This document shows, piece by piece, positions 35,370 through 47,000 of a DNA stretch of 64,000 nucleotides (positions within the stretch are counted from its first letter, which is position 1; each line of letters starts with the position of its first letter). The position numbers and the translations under genes are program-made. Under the pieces are notes generated by a model. That model was not told the origin of the DNA. It did not search any database and saw nothing but the letters and a program-made list of their open reading frames with translations. The stretch covers positions 704,001 to 768,000 of the forward strand of contig CAWJYV010000007.1 of NCBI GenBank assembly GCA_963847185.1. The letters run 5' to 3'. The DNA comes from an uncultured Methanosarcinaceae archaeon (lineage in GTDB: Archaea; Halobacteriota; Methanosarcinia; Methanosarcinales; Methanosarcinaceae).

Positions 35370-37349
35370 ATGAGTGGGATCAGGCTTGGAGGAGAAGCCT
35401 TTTCAACGTACGAAGATGGAATAAAGAAAGAGTGGATCATAGCAAATGGACTTGGAGGATATGCCTCCTCTACACTCATAGGGGCTGGAACAAGGACTTA
35501 TCACGGACTGCTTGTAGCTGCTCCAAAAAATTCGCCCGGAAGAGTTTTGCTACTCTCTTCTCTTGATGAGGAAATTTCTATCAATCAGGAGACTTATCGA
35601 CTTGCAACTCACAAATATCCTGGAACTGTTTATCCTGCAGGCTTCAATTACCTGACCAAATTCATTCTTGCTCCTTTCCCCCTCTGGGTTTATCAAACCG
35701 GGGATTTTACCGTAAAAAAAAAGATCTTTATGATCCATAACAGTAACACAACCTGTATACTATACGATATCAAATCCAGAAAAGAAGGAGCCATATTGAG
35801 AATTTTTCCTCTGGTAAACTCAAGAGATTTCCATTTTACTACTCACTCTACAGGCCTTTCCTTTTCCCAGAAAACTAGTCCTATGGGCACAGATCTGGAA
35901 AGCTCTAACGGTTTTAGTTTCTCGCTTTCATCCAATCTCCAGTACCATCCTGACCCTATGTGGTACTACAATTTTGAGTATGATGCCGAAAAGAAAAGGG
36001 GACTGGTTTTCCAGGAAGACAACTTTAATCCCGGTTATTTCGAAAGTAAACTCAAATTGGGAACTTCCCGCTTTTTTATTGCTGCTTCAACTGAGAATAT
36101 ATCTTCTTTCAATCTTGAAAAAGTTGATGAACTCTATACCAAGGAAGTATATCGGCAGAATCTTCTAGCTTTTAATTCAAGACTTACTGAGCCCTTCGCC
36201 CTTAAGCTTCTCAGGGCAACTGACACTTTTATTATCAAAAATCCCGCTTCAGGTGACACGACTATGATTGCGGGATACCACTGGTTTGCTGACTGGGGGC
36301 GGGACACAATGATTTCTCTGCCTGGTCTTCTTTTAATTCCCCGTCGCTTTGAGGAGGCTAAGTATATTCTCAAAAATTTTGCCAGGCACTGCAGGAAAGG
36401 TTTAATCCCAAATGCTTTCCTGTCTCTAGGAGAAGACCCAATTTACAATACAGTGGATGCTTCCCTATGGTTTATTCATGCCGCTGGCCGTTATTTCGCA
36501 TATACAAAAGATTTACTGTTTCTCTCGGATATCTGGGATACCATAGATAGTATCATAGATAATTATCATAAAGGTACAGATTTTGGAATTGGTATGGATT
36601 CTGACTGTCTTATTCATCAGGGACCTCAACTAACATGGATGGATGCTAAAATAGGGGATTTGGCGGTCACTCCAAGAGCAGGTAAAGCCTGTGAGATAAA
36701 TGCTCTCTGGTATAATGCCCTGAAAACTGCCTCCAATTTGGGAATTCTTCTCGGCAAAGACATTTCTCCATATGAAACTCTTGCAGCCAGCGTTGCCTCA
36801 AATTTTGAGAATGTTTTCTGGAACCCTGAGGCTAACTGCCTCTTTGATCTGGTATCTCAGGACAAAGCAGGAAACTTGATTAAAGATCCTGCAATCCGCC
36901 CCAATCAAATCTTTGCAGTAGCACTTCCTTATACTATGCTTTCTCCTGAAAAAGAAAAAGCTATTGTCGATAGAGTTGAAAAAGATCTTCTCACACCCTT
37001 TGGGCTCAGGACTCTCTCATGTGATTATCCCTCTTATGTAGGACAGTATCAGGGGGACCCTAAAGCCAGAGATTCAGCTTATCACAATGGGACTGTCTGG
37101 CCCTGGCTTCTTGGGGCATATGTAAAAGCTTACAGGAAAGTTAACAATTATTCAAAAAAGAGTCTTGAAGACATGAGGGCCCTTCTCCAGGGCTTTGATA
37201 AGCATCTTGAAACTGCAGGTATTGGTACTATTTCCGAGGTATTTGATGGGGATTATCCTTATTCTCCTGGAGGCTGCATTTCCCAGGCCTGGAGTGTTGC
37301 GGAAATTCTCAGGGCATATGTAGAGGATGTGCTTGGGACCAAACCCTGA
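35370..37349 (+). CDS. Glycogen debranching enzyme (amylo-alpha-1,6-glucosidase)
   Basis: EWIIANGLGGYAS, AGYHWFADWGRD, LTWMDA, RPNQ, YHNGTVWPW, QAWSVAE. Confidence 0.93.
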   Translation: MSGIRLGGEAFSTYEDGIKKEWIIANGLGGYASSTLIGAGTRTYHGLLVAAPKNSPGRVLLLSSLDEEISINQETYRLATHKYPGTVYPAGFNYLTKFILAPFPLWVYQTGDFTVKKKIFMIHNSNTTCILYDIKSRKEGAILRIFPLVNSRDFHFTTHSTGLSFSQKTSPMGTDLESSNGFSFSLSSNLQYHPDPMWYYNFEYDAEKKRGLVFQEDNFNPGYFESKLKLGTSRFFIAASTENISSFNLEKVDELYTKEVYRQNLLAFNSRLTEPFALKLLRATDTFIIKNPASGDTTMIAGYHWFADWGRDTMISLPGLLLIPRRFEEAKYILKNFARHCRKGLIPNAFLSLGEDPIYNTVDASLWFIHAAGRYFAYTKDLLFLSDIWDTIDSIIDNYHKGTDFGIGMDSDCLIHQGPQLTWMDAKIGDLAVTPRAGKACEINALWYNALKTASNLGILLGKDISPYETLAASVASNFENVFWNPEANCLFDLVSQDKAGNLIKDPAIRPNQIFAVALPYTMLSPEKEKAIVDRVEKDLLTPFGLRTLSCDYPSYVGQYQGDPKARDSAYHNGTVWPWLLGAYVKAYRKVNNYSKKSLEDMRALLQGFDKHLETAGIGTISEVFDGDYPYSPGGCISQAWSVAEILRAYVEDVLGTKP

Positions 37350-37420
37350 AAGAAATATTTTTTCTGCAGCTTTTTTCCTGTTCCCTCTCTTTTTTATACT
37401 AGTTTGTCAATCTACCTCCC

Positions 37421-37783
37421 ATGATTGATTTTAATAGCCTAAAATACGAAAACGGGCTTATTCTTGCTGTTGTTCAGGACCAGGGCAGCAAAGAGGTACT
37501 GATGTGTGCCTATATGAATCAGGAAGCTCTTGAAAAAACTGTAGAATCCGGAATTACTCATTTCTGGAGCCGAAGCCGACAAAGTCTCTGGAAAAAAGGG
37601 GAAACATCAGGGCATTTGCAAAAAGTAAAGGAAATCAGGATTGACTGTGATCTGGATTCTCTTCTTCTTCTGGTAGAACAGGTCGGAGGAGCCTGTCATA
37701 TGGGATATAGATCATGTTTTTACCGAAATCTTGACGGAGAGGTTGTGGGAGAGAAGGTTTTCGAACCGGATGATGTCTACTAA
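37421..37783 (+). CDS. hisI: Phosphoribosyl-AMP cyclohydrolase
   Basis: [29 protein letters not shown]. Confidence 0.96.
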   Translation: MIDFNSLKYENGLILAVVQDQGSKEVLMCAYMNQEALEKTVESGITHFWSRSRQSLWKKGETSGHLQKVKEIRIDCDLDSLLLLVEQVGGACHMGYRSCFYRNLDGEVVGEKVFEPDDVY

Positions 37784-37951
37784 ACTTGGGATAACTAATA
37801 CACTTTTCAGATTTACTTCGATTGGACCTTACTTCGATTAACAATAAAATTAGTCAAGAAAACAAATATTCAATATAGTAAAATTACTTTTACCATTTTT
37901 TTCATTGGTGTAACAAGTCAGCTTCCTTTTTGTTTCTAAGAGATACATTGG

Positions 37952-38437
37952 TCATATCTCAAAGTTAACCTTCAATACCTCACATTGTGGCATATTTTTA
38001 ATTTGTACTCCCTCCAGTGTTCCTGTTATCTCCAGACTATCAAACTCATTTGAACCGCAAAGTACGTCTTGGTTCGGGTGCGTGCCAGGAGTGATATTGC
38101 AGTTTAGAACAGTCTTTTTTCCAGCCGACACTACAATTGGAAGCCTTGGTGATGCAGGATGGTTCTTTGGAAGAACTATTAATGGTGATCTGATTTCCCG
38201 AACCATGAAGAGAACGCATTTAAGTCCTTTTTCAGTTCTCTCATCCACCGAAAGCGCAGAAGCAACGATAAGGTCATGGGGTTCCAGTCCGAGTACAATC
38301 TCTTCAGTTTCAGTTTCCAGAAAGAACTGTCCATGCGGACCTACTTTCACAATAGCCACTGTTCCTGCCTTCCCGCGCAGAAAAAGTATTTCACTTTCTT
38401 TCAGTGAAATGTCTTTAGAATAGACTGGTTTTTTCAT
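37952..38437 (-). CDS. Hypothetical protein
   Basis: 161-aa ORF (CNITPGTHP...LC) just downstream of a Zn-ribbon ORF. Confidence 0.75.
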   Translation of the reverse strand: MKKPVYSKDISLKESEILFLRGKAGTVAIVKVGPHGQFFLETETEEIVLGLEPHDLIVASALSVDERTEKGLKCVLFMVREIRSPLIVLPKNHPASPRLPIVVSAGKKTVLNCNITPGTHPNQDVLCGSNEFDSLEITGTLEGVQIKNMPQCEVLKVNFEI

Positions 38438-38469
38438 GTTAAAAATAAGTATCTATAAAATCCAGTTGA

Positions 38470-38628
38470 TTATTTGGATTCTTCTACATTTTTAGACTGA
38501 CAGGAAGGACATTTCACATTCTTGCCAATTCCTTTGAATTTATTCCCACAATTTTTGCATACGTAATGTTTAACCGGTAACTTTCCTTCCATATCGATAT
38601 CAAAAGAGTCTCCAACGCTACACATCAT
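38470..38628 (-). CDS. Small zinc-ribbon protein (52 aa), not in the ORF track
   Basis: GAGGTG RBS; MMCSVGDSFDIDMEGKLPVKHYVCKNCGNKFKGIGKNVKCPSCQSKNVEESK*. Confidence 0.85.
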   Translation of the reverse strand: MMCSVGDSFDIDMEGKLPVKHYVCKNCGNKFKGIGKNVKCPSCQSKNVEESK

Positions 38629-38959
38629 TATCACCTCACAGCTTTATCAAAGGGCTTACAATAATTATATAGCCCACATATTATTACTCATACTTCTCCA
38701 ATTAATACCTTTCCATATTTGTCCCCCGGCAATTTTTGACCTTATTTCTCCCATCAGGATACTTTACCACAAAGGCATTATAATAATGAATTACTTTTCA
38801 TTAATCTGTTTTACCCAATTAATTGTGAAGAGTTGGCCGTTGCAATTTTGACTTCAAAAAGTAATAATTATTTGAAAAGTAATAATTATTTGAGACGCAC
38901 TGATCGCATTATCTATTTTTTCTGATTTTTTCCTTTGCTGTTCGGTGTGAATACAATTC

Positions 38960-39106
38960 TTATTTCTCTCTATGCACTTTAATTATCCCTTTCATAAATT
39001 GTTTATAAATGCCACAGTATGATTTATCCAAATCTTTTGTGCAGGTGTATGAATCATCTCGATAAGCGGCACATTTTGAAGCGTACTCGCATTTGGTAAA
39101 GAACAC
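38960..39106 (-). CDS. Small 4-Cys protein (48 aa, GTG start), not in the ORF track
   Basis: GAGGG RBS; MFFTKCEYASKCAAYRDDSYTCTKDLDKSYCGIYKQFMKGIIKVHREK*. Confidence 0.65.
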   Translation of the reverse strand: MFFTKCEYASKCAAYRDDSYTCTKDLDKSYCGIYKQFMKGIIKVHREK

Positions 39107-39403
39107 AGTTGTCCCTCTTCAAGCGTTTTGTTGACTGGTTTTTCTGCTCAGTGCAAACCCGGTAAGGCATCTTAACTCTCTGCTTATGAACTGTCCAGTA
39201 CTTCTTTCTCGCCGATACCACTACCAAAAGTAGTCTTAAAGTATGACACATCCCATACACAACTGGTTTAGATTCTAATTGAGAGTCTAAAGCGCAATAC
39301 GACAATATTTGCAAACTAGTGGTATGTAAAATTGATAAGAATTCAAAATATTAGGTCATGAATGGAATATCAAGAAATAGAAGATTTTAAGATCAGCTAA
39401 GAA

Positions 39404-39492
39404 GTAGATGGTAGGGATTTGAGTCCCTATTCTCAAGCCCTACCTGCGATCCAACCCAATGATTAAGAGGAAACCCTATTACTCTTAATCTG
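39404..39492. ncRNA. Candidate twin-hairpin sRNA or leader element
   Basis: Two stems, ggtaggg..ttgag/ctcaa..ccctacc and gattaagag/ctcttaatc; both loops contain ccctatt. Confidence 0.4.
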
Positions 39493-39797
39493 AACATATA
39501 TAAGAGCACGATTATATATATCATGACCGATACGAAAGATTGTTTCTGATTTCAAATTCCAATATAATTAAAAAAATATATTATTTTGAAAATTTTAATG
39601 GCTTTGAAAACATTTTAGTAATCATACATATCTGTCAAGCAAAAATCTATATCAATAACTGATTTTGGGTGGGCTGGATAGTAACTCATTTTTTTGCATC
39701 TTTTTGTCACCAAATTGTATTGCAAAGTGAGATGTATACACACTATTGGGTAATTGAAGAGTTATATTATATACCTTCTGGCTCTATATCCCTTTAT

Positions 39798-41723
39798 ATG
39801 GTTGAAGAGAAACGGATATGGAGGATCGTCCCGGATACGAGCGTAATTATTGATGGGCGGCTTTCGTCCCGAATCAAAAACGGTGAATTCGGGAAAGCTG
39901 AGGTTATAATTCCCGAAGCTGTAGTCTCGGAACTTGAAGCCCAGGCAAACAGGGGTAGAGAAATAGGTTTCAAAGGGCTTGAGGAGCTTTCGGAACTTCG
40001 CAAATTGGCAGACAGGGGGGAAATTCAACTCAGATTCAGCGGGGTTCAGCCTACTCTTGAAGAGATTAAATTCTCTAAAGAAGGCAGAGTAGATGCTCTT
40101 ATTCGAAATACTGCTATTGAGGTCGGCGGGCTATTTTTAAGTGAAGATAGAGTCCAGTCTCTTATAGCCAAAGCAAAAGGACTCGAAGTCGAGTATATTT
40201 ATCCCAAAGTTCTGGATCCTTCGGAATTTAGATCTCTCAAAATAGAGCATTTTTTTACTGATGATACGATGTCCGTACACCTCAAAAATAACGTACTGCC
40301 TATGGCCAAAAAGGGGCCTGTAGGGAATGTGCGTTATGTGAGTATCCGTGAAGAGCCTGCTACTTCTTCGGAACTTTCCAGTATCTCAAGAGAACTTATT
40401 GAGAGGGCAAGGCTGGATCCCGAGTCTTTCATTGAAATGTCTTCAAGTGGAGCTACTGTCCTGCAGATCCGGAATATGAGAATTGCGATTGCTCACCCGC
40501 CTTTTTCTGATGATATGGAAATTACAGCTGTCAGGCCAACTGTAGTTGTGGATCTTGAGCATTATCGTCTCAATGACAAATTAAAAGAACGTATTGTAAG
40601 CCAGCGGGGTATTCTCATTGCAGGACCTCCAGGTGCGGGGAAATCCACTTTTGCTGCAGGGGTCGCCCGTTACCTTAATGATCACGGGCAGGTTGTCAAA
40701 ACCATGGAATCTCCAAGAGATCTGCAGGTACCTCCTGAGATTACCCAGTATTCACCCCTTAATGGCAGGATGGAAGACACAGCAGATCTTTTGCTTCTCG
40801 TCAGGCCTGATTATACTATTTATGATGAGGTCCGGAAAACCAACGACTTCCTTATTTTTGCAGATATGCGCCTGGCAGGAGTGGGAATGATAGGTGTAGT
40901 GCATGCAACAAGGGCAGTAGATGCTATCCAGCGCCTGATAGGAAGGGTTGAACTGGGCGTGATTCCCCAGGTGGTGGATACTGTCATTTTCATTGATAAA
41001 GGGGAAGTTGCAAAGGTTCTGGTGCTTGCATTTACGGTAAAAGTTCCTCATGGAATGACTGAACAGGATCTTGCAAGACCTGTGATTACTATTGCAGATT
41101 TTGAGACCGGCAAACTCGAATATGAGATCTACACCTATGGAGAGCAGGTTGTGGTTATGCCAATAGGGGCTTCACGGGAGGGAAGGAAACCTGCGTGGAG
41201 GCTTGCCGAAGAAGAAATCCGAAGCGTTATTGGCGGGTATGCATCAGGTCCGATTGAGGTTGAATTAACATCTGATGACAGTACGATTGTAAAAGTCCGG
41301 AAAGACGAAATGCGAAAAGTCATCGGCAAGGGTGGAAACGTTATCGACAGGATCGAAAACACTCTGGGAATTCGTATAGATGTCAGGGAGATAGAGGAAG
41401 AAGCTCCAAGAGCTGCAAAGGGTCGCAAGTATGGAGCCGAAAGTAGAGCCTCTCCGCAAAAACCCAGGCCCTCTGAGTTTGAACCGGAAGTTACTGCCTC
41501 TTCCGGTCATCCTCTTATTGAAATAAATAAAAAACATCTTATTATAGGAGCTCCAGAATTTTCAGGAAAGGACGTGGAGATCTTCATTGAAGATAAATAT
41601 CTTTTCAGTGCAACTGTAAGCCGACACGGAGAAGTAAAACTCCGAGTAAACTCGGACCTTGCATCCGATATCATTGAAGCTCAGGATAGAGGAGAATTAA
41701 TTGAGATTCGACTGATCACCTGA
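39798..41723 (+). CDS. PIN-domain/ATPase/KH protein (PINA family)
   Basis: VPDTSVIIDG PIN domain; GPPGAGKST; ESPRDL; DEVR; GVVHA; KH VIGKGG. Confidence 0.93.
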   Translation: MVEEKRIWRIVPDTSVIIDGRLSSRIKNGEFGKAEVIIPEAVVSELEAQANRGREIGFKGLEELSELRKLADRGEIQLRFSGVQPTLEEIKFSKEGRVDALIRNTAIEVGGLFLSEDRVQSLIAKAKGLEVEYIYPKVLDPSEFRSLKIEHFFTDDTMSVHLKNNVLPMAKKGPVGNVRYVSIREEPATSSELSSISRELIERARLDPESFIEMSSSGATVLQIRNMRIAIAHPPFSDDMEITAVRPTVVVDLEHYRLNDKLKERIVSQRGILIAGPPGAGKSTFAAGVARYLNDHGQVVKTMESPRDLQVPPEITQYSPLNGRMEDTADLLLLVRPDYTIYDEVRKTNDFLIFADMRLAGVGMIGVVHATRAVDAIQRLIGRVELGVIPQVVDTVIFIDKGEVAKVLVLAFTVKVPHGMTEQDLARPVITIADFETGKLEYEIYTYGEQVVVMPIGASREGRKPAWRLAEEEIRSVIGGYASGPIEVELTSDDSTIVKVRKDEMRKVIGKGGNVIDRIENTLGIRIDVREIEEEAPRAAKGRKYGAESRASPQKPRPSEFEPEVTASSGHPLIEINKKHLIIGAPEFSGKDVEIFIEDKYLFSATVSRHGEVKLRVNSDLASDIIEAQDRGELIEIRLIT

Positions 41724-42045
41724 TCTTTAATGAGCTTTGACCGATCTACTTTGACTGATCTAATTTTTTCAATTTTCTTTTTTATATTTTAAATTGAACT
41801 TTAATAAACCTTGAGTGCTATGTGCCGTGCCAGATGCTCTATGACGCTGCAGTGACTGAAAAAAACCTTAGTCGTTATTTTCTCTTTCTGAATGTGTTAA
41901 ACTACAAAACAAGAGAAGGAAAAGACCTGATTGAGAAGCAAATCCAATAAAAAGTACAGATAAAAATTCATATCCATATCTTCGAATATATGAGAATAAG
42001 CAATTGAGAATTCTAAACTGAAAAACCTGCGGAAATGAGAAAATT

Positions 42046-42204
42046 TTAGATATTCGGTTTACTCCGAACATCATGACGTAGAGTCAAGATCAAAAGGAGA
42101 AGCAGCACTAGGCCAATGATCATTAGAATAATGGAATATTCAAACGCTACATCCGCAGGAATTTGCCGGCTAATAGATTCGGCATTCCCAACCAACGAAG
42201 ACAT
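42046..42204 (-). CDS. Small single-TM protein (52 aa), probably leaderless
   Basis: MSSLVGNAESISRQIPADVAFEYSIILMIIGLVLLLLLILTLRHDVRSKPNI*; TTTATAT lies about 25 nt above the ATG. Confidence 0.5.
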   Translation of the reverse strand: MSSLVGNAESISRQIPADVAFEYSIILMIIGLVLLLLLILTLRHDVRSKPNI

Positions 42205-42359
42205 ATTATAGTATTAATATCGAAGATATAAATAAATTACTAAAAACGCGCACAATGGAAATAGATACATATTTTAGCTTTATTTTTAAATTATTTACTA
42301 AATATTCTGAATTAATTTATTCTAATGACTAAAATGACCTTTTCAGCGGAAGAGCTATT

Positions 42360-43613
42360 TCAATACTTAAAAATAGCCTCAATTAAAGGTTCTGCAAGAT
42401 TCAGTATATCTTCCTTAAAAGAGAAGATATTACCTGAAAAAGTAGAAGATTCTCCCCTGAATAATTCTTTTTTCAGTTTTTTCCCAAGGATGTCGTCGTT
42501 TCCTGCTGCCAGCCTGAGCACAATCGAGCCCGGGAATATTTCAGTCTGGAAGGCGAGGTTGTCGCAGTCTCCATCCGTGCTTCCCAGAATAGGAATCCCA
42601 AGCCTGCAGAGGATATCGCCTGCTATGGCTGTAGTATCGTCTCCTATGTTGACTGCGAGTTCAGCTCCTGCAGCGAGTTCAAACGTACGTTCTGCAGAAT
42701 GGTCTATAAGCACTATTTTTTCCTGTTCTGGACTTGCAAAAAGAATTCGAACTCATAACCATTGTATTTTGCTTTCGGTATTTCAGGGAAGTAAAATCGC
42801 TTCTTCTAAGGTTTCCACTTTTTACCCAGGCCTTTGCAAGGTCAACAGGATCTCTTTTTTCATAATTATGCAGTTTTTCAAGTCCATGCTCTTTTATTTC
42901 TCCCCCTTCGATTGCGATAATAAAGCCGTTTTCGGAAATTATGCTTATTTCGGAGGACAGGGCTTTTCCAATCACAATTCCATTTACCAGAATATTTTCT
43001 TCGGGAAAAACCCCTGAAAGCTTTCGAATAACCCGGATTTTACCTATATCAGAGCATTTTTTCACAAAAATCGAACTTTGAGAACCTGAATTTTGAGAAC
43101 CTGAATTTTGAGAACCTGAATTTTGAGAACCTGAATTTTGAGAACCTGAATTTTGAAGAGATAAAAGAATCACGGCAGGAACTTCAAGAATTTCAGAAAG
43201 TTTTTCAAGATACTTTCCAGCCTTTTTATTAAGCGGTATCAATTTTCCATCTGGAGAATCCGGGCTCTCTATCTGGATAAGAGGGCTAACATCTGGCTCT
43301 TTGAGCCGGGCAGTAACCATTCCTCCGAATATCCTGCCGGTTTCGACCGTTTTCCCCCTATTTAGGAGGCAGATAATACATGAACTCGCAAAGCCTGATG
43401 AACTTTCAAAAAAAGAGTCAATGCAGGCACTAGGCTTCAGGTTTCCACTAATGTCTATAAAGTTCTCAAGTCCGGCATCAAGAACAGCTGTTTTTCCCAT
43501 GGTTCCCCCAAGCCTAGCTTCTACTGTGCCCATACAGGAAAGCTTTTCAAGGACTTTTTTGCTTCCCCCGAATCTATTACCTCGGGTCCGTGAATTACCA
43601 GGCTGATCTTCAT
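42360..43613 (-). pseudogene. DUF2117-family gene with two homopolymer frameshifts (pseudogene or sequencing error)
   Basis: MKISLVIHGPEVIDSG from ATG 43613; shift at A6 (43555-43560); GGTMGKTAVLDA; shift at A6 (42716-42721); IDH...GDDTT...GIPILG.TDGDCD. Confidence 0.8.
43078..43156. repeat. Coding VNTR, 5 x 15 bp, encoding SQNSG repeats
   Basis: (ttgagaacctgaatt) x5 perfect, plus a partial unit. Confidence 0.95.
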
Positions 43614-44013
43614 TTAGAATGATTTAAAGTAAGACACATATTAATGCACTCCTTTTAGCAGCTCTTAAACTGAAAGCTAACTGAAACATCTAACTACACC
43701 AAATTATTTATCAATTAGTTAAAAAGCAGTGTTGTAGACACTCTTATTGAGCTCAGTTTTTAGAAATCTAACTTTTTGAGATTTAAAAATAATGTTAAAT
43801 TTTTTTACTTCACTTTTTGTTTTTATGCTGGAAAATTATGGTCTTTTTACAAGTAAATGCTTCAGTTGAGCCTTATTCTTCAAATAAACCCTCTGAATCT
43901 AGGCCTATAATTATTCCAAAAAGTAAGAGAAAGGTTTAAAGATTTTAAGTAAGTTATCAAGTATTCATATTTTTTTAAATAAAAAATAAACAAAAGATAA
44001 AAGAGGAAAACGG

Positions 44014-47000
44014 ATGAAAAATAAGGAAAAGTTGGATTCAATAGGCATAATTTCGATAGCCCTGATTCTACTACTATTAACTTGCGTATTATCGGCAGCA
44101 GCAGCATCGAATAACCATGAATACGGGGATTCGGCAGTCAAAAATAAAAAACCTGTTGCAAATTTCAGTACAAATGTTACTGAAGGCTATGCTCCTCTTA
44201 ATGTGCAGTTTATGGACTCATCTGAATATGCAACTGGATGGAACTGGGAATTTGGAGATGGAAGTAGTGATTCTACAAACGAAAGTCCAGCTCATTCGTA
44301 TACAGTTCCTGGGACGTATAATGTCAATCTAACAGTAACAAATGAAAAAGGCACTGATTCAAAGTTTGTCACTGTAACTGTTTTAGAAAAACCGGCAACA
44401 GTAGTTCCTGTTGCAAGTTTCAATATCAAAGTAAGCGGTTATGCTCCTCTTTACATCCAGTTTACATCACAATCGGAAAATACAACCGGATTAATCTGGG
44501 AGTTTGGAGATGGAAGTGATGACTCGACATACACAAATCCAACTCATTTGTATACAATTCCAGGAACTTACAACGTTAGTTTAACCTCAATAAATGGTAC
44601 GAAATCAACATTTGCCACAATAACCGTTTTAGAAAAACTTGGAGTAATATTTCCCATAGCGAATTTCAGTTCTAATATTACTGAAGGTTACACTCCTTTA
44701 TCAGTCCAGTTCACAGATCTGTCGGAAAATGCAACTGAAAGAAACTGGGACTTTGAAAACGACGGAACAGTAGACTCAACAGACAGAAATCCAATTTATA
44801 GATACATATCTCCAGGAAATTATACGGTGAACCTGACAGCAAGTAATGAATACGGTACAGATTCAAAGCTAGTGACAATAATTGCTTTAGAACAGCCTGC
44901 AATAGTAGTTCCTGAGGCAAATTTCAGTGCTAATGTTACTGAGGGTTACGCTCCCCTCTCAGTCCATTTCACAGACCTGTCTATAAATGCAACAGAGAGA
45001 GACTGGGAATTTGGAGATGGAAATAACTCTACAGACGAAACTCCATTTTATGTGTACGCAGTTCCCGGAACTTATAATGTCAGCCTGACCGTAATCAACG
45101 AAAACGGTACAGATTCAAAGTTGATTACAGTAACCGTATTAGAAAAGCCTGAACCGATATTTCCTGCAGCGAACTTCAGTACCAACGTAACCAGCGGTTA
45201 TGCTCCTCTCAATGTCCAGTTTACAGATAAATCGGAAAATGCAATGGAAGTGAGCTGGGATTTTAATAGTGACGGATCAGTAGACTCCATGGAAAGGGAT
45301 CAAATTTATCAATTTGAAGATTCAGGAAATTATACGGTTAATCTGACAGCAATTAATGAAAATGGTACAAGTTCAAATTCTATTACAATAACTGTTTTAG
45401 AAAAGCCTGAACCATTACTTCCTGTAGCAAACTTCAGTACCAATGTAACCAGCGGTTATGCTCCACTTTTTGTTCAGTTTACAGACCTATCCGAAAATGC
45501 AACAGAAAGAAACTGGGATATTGACAATGACGGAATTGCTGACTATAACAATGAGAGCTTCAGTCATCTGTATGAAAATCCAGGAAACTATACGGCTAAC
45601 TTGACAGCAATTAACGGGAACGGAACGGATTCAAAGTTGGTTACGGTAACCGTATTAGAAAAGCCTGAACCGGTAATCCCGGTGGCAAATTTCAGTATCA
45701 ATATTACAGAAGGCTATGCTCCTCTTTATGTGCAGTTTATGGATCTCTCGCAAAATGCAACAGGATGGAACTGGGACTTTGGAGATGGAATTAATTCAAC
45801 TGAGCAGAATCCAATGCATACTTATTATGTAGCAGGAAACTATACGGTTAATCTGACGGTAGGCAACGGGAACGGTACTAATTCAAAGTTTGCCAAAATA
45901 ACCGCATCAGTAAAACCTGAAACATTAGTACCTGTAGTACCTGTAGCGAATTTCAGTACTAATCTTACTGAAGGTTATGCACCCCTATCAATACAGTTTA
46001 CAGATTTATCTAAAAATGCAACAGGGTGGAAATGGTACTTTGGGGATGGGACAAATTCAACAGAACAAAATCCGGTACACACTTACAATAAAACAGGAAA
46101 ATACACCATTACGTTGACGGCAAATAATGCGGCTGGCAGTAATACAATAGCAAAATATGGATATATAAATATTATAAGTGACATGAAAATTCCTGTTGCT
46201 GATTTCTCTGTATCCCAGACCTCAGGAAGTACCTCTCTAAATATCAGCTTCACTGACAACAGTACGGGATCCCCAAAGGCATGGAAATGGTACTTTGGAG
46301 ACGGAACAAACTCAACGGAACAAAATCCCGTACATACGTACAATAAAACAGGAAAATACACCGTCAGCTTAGTAGTAACTAATCCGATGGGTGCTAATTC
46401 AATAACGAAATATAATCATATAATTCTTGCAAACGACATAAAAATTCCTGTTGCTGATTTCTCTGCATCCCAGACTTCAGGAAGTGCACCTCAAAATATC
46501 AGCTTTACTGACAACAGTACGGGATTGCCAACGGCATGGAAATGGTACTTTGGGGACGGGACAAATTCAACAGAACAAAATCCTGTACATACGTATACTA
46601 AAGCAGGAAAATACACCGTTACGTTGACGGTAAATAATATGTTGGGTACCAATACGGTAGCAAAATATGGGCATATAAATCTCACAAACGATATGAGAAC
46701 TCCTGAGGCTGATTTCTCTGCATCCCAGATTTCAGGAAGTGCACCTCTAAATATCAGTTTTACTGACAACAGTATGGGATTACCAACGGCATGGAAATGG
46801 TACTTCGGAGACGGGACAAATTCAACAGAACAAAATCCTGTACACACATATAATAAAACAGGAAAATATACCGTCAGCTTAATAGTAAGTAATCTGATGG
46901 GTTCTAATACAGCAACAAAATACAGCTACATAAGTCTCATAAATGATATGGATGTTCCGGTTGTTGATTTCTCTGCAACTCCGGTGTCAGGAAACTCTCC

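Noticed and set aside
38857-38892. Short perfect intergenic duplications (also near 1827, 5813, 47218, 48316, 52107)
   Set aside because: Unrelated to each other; consistent with common slippage duplications.
39054-39314. 86-aa minus-strand ORF
   Set aside because: No motif; the RBS-supported 4-Cys ORF in another frame is more credible.
39410-39435. gggatttgagtccc as a tRNA T-arm or att remnant
   Set aside because: The loop length is wrong, no other cloverleaf arms are present and no integrase is nearby; a larger hairpin explains it better.
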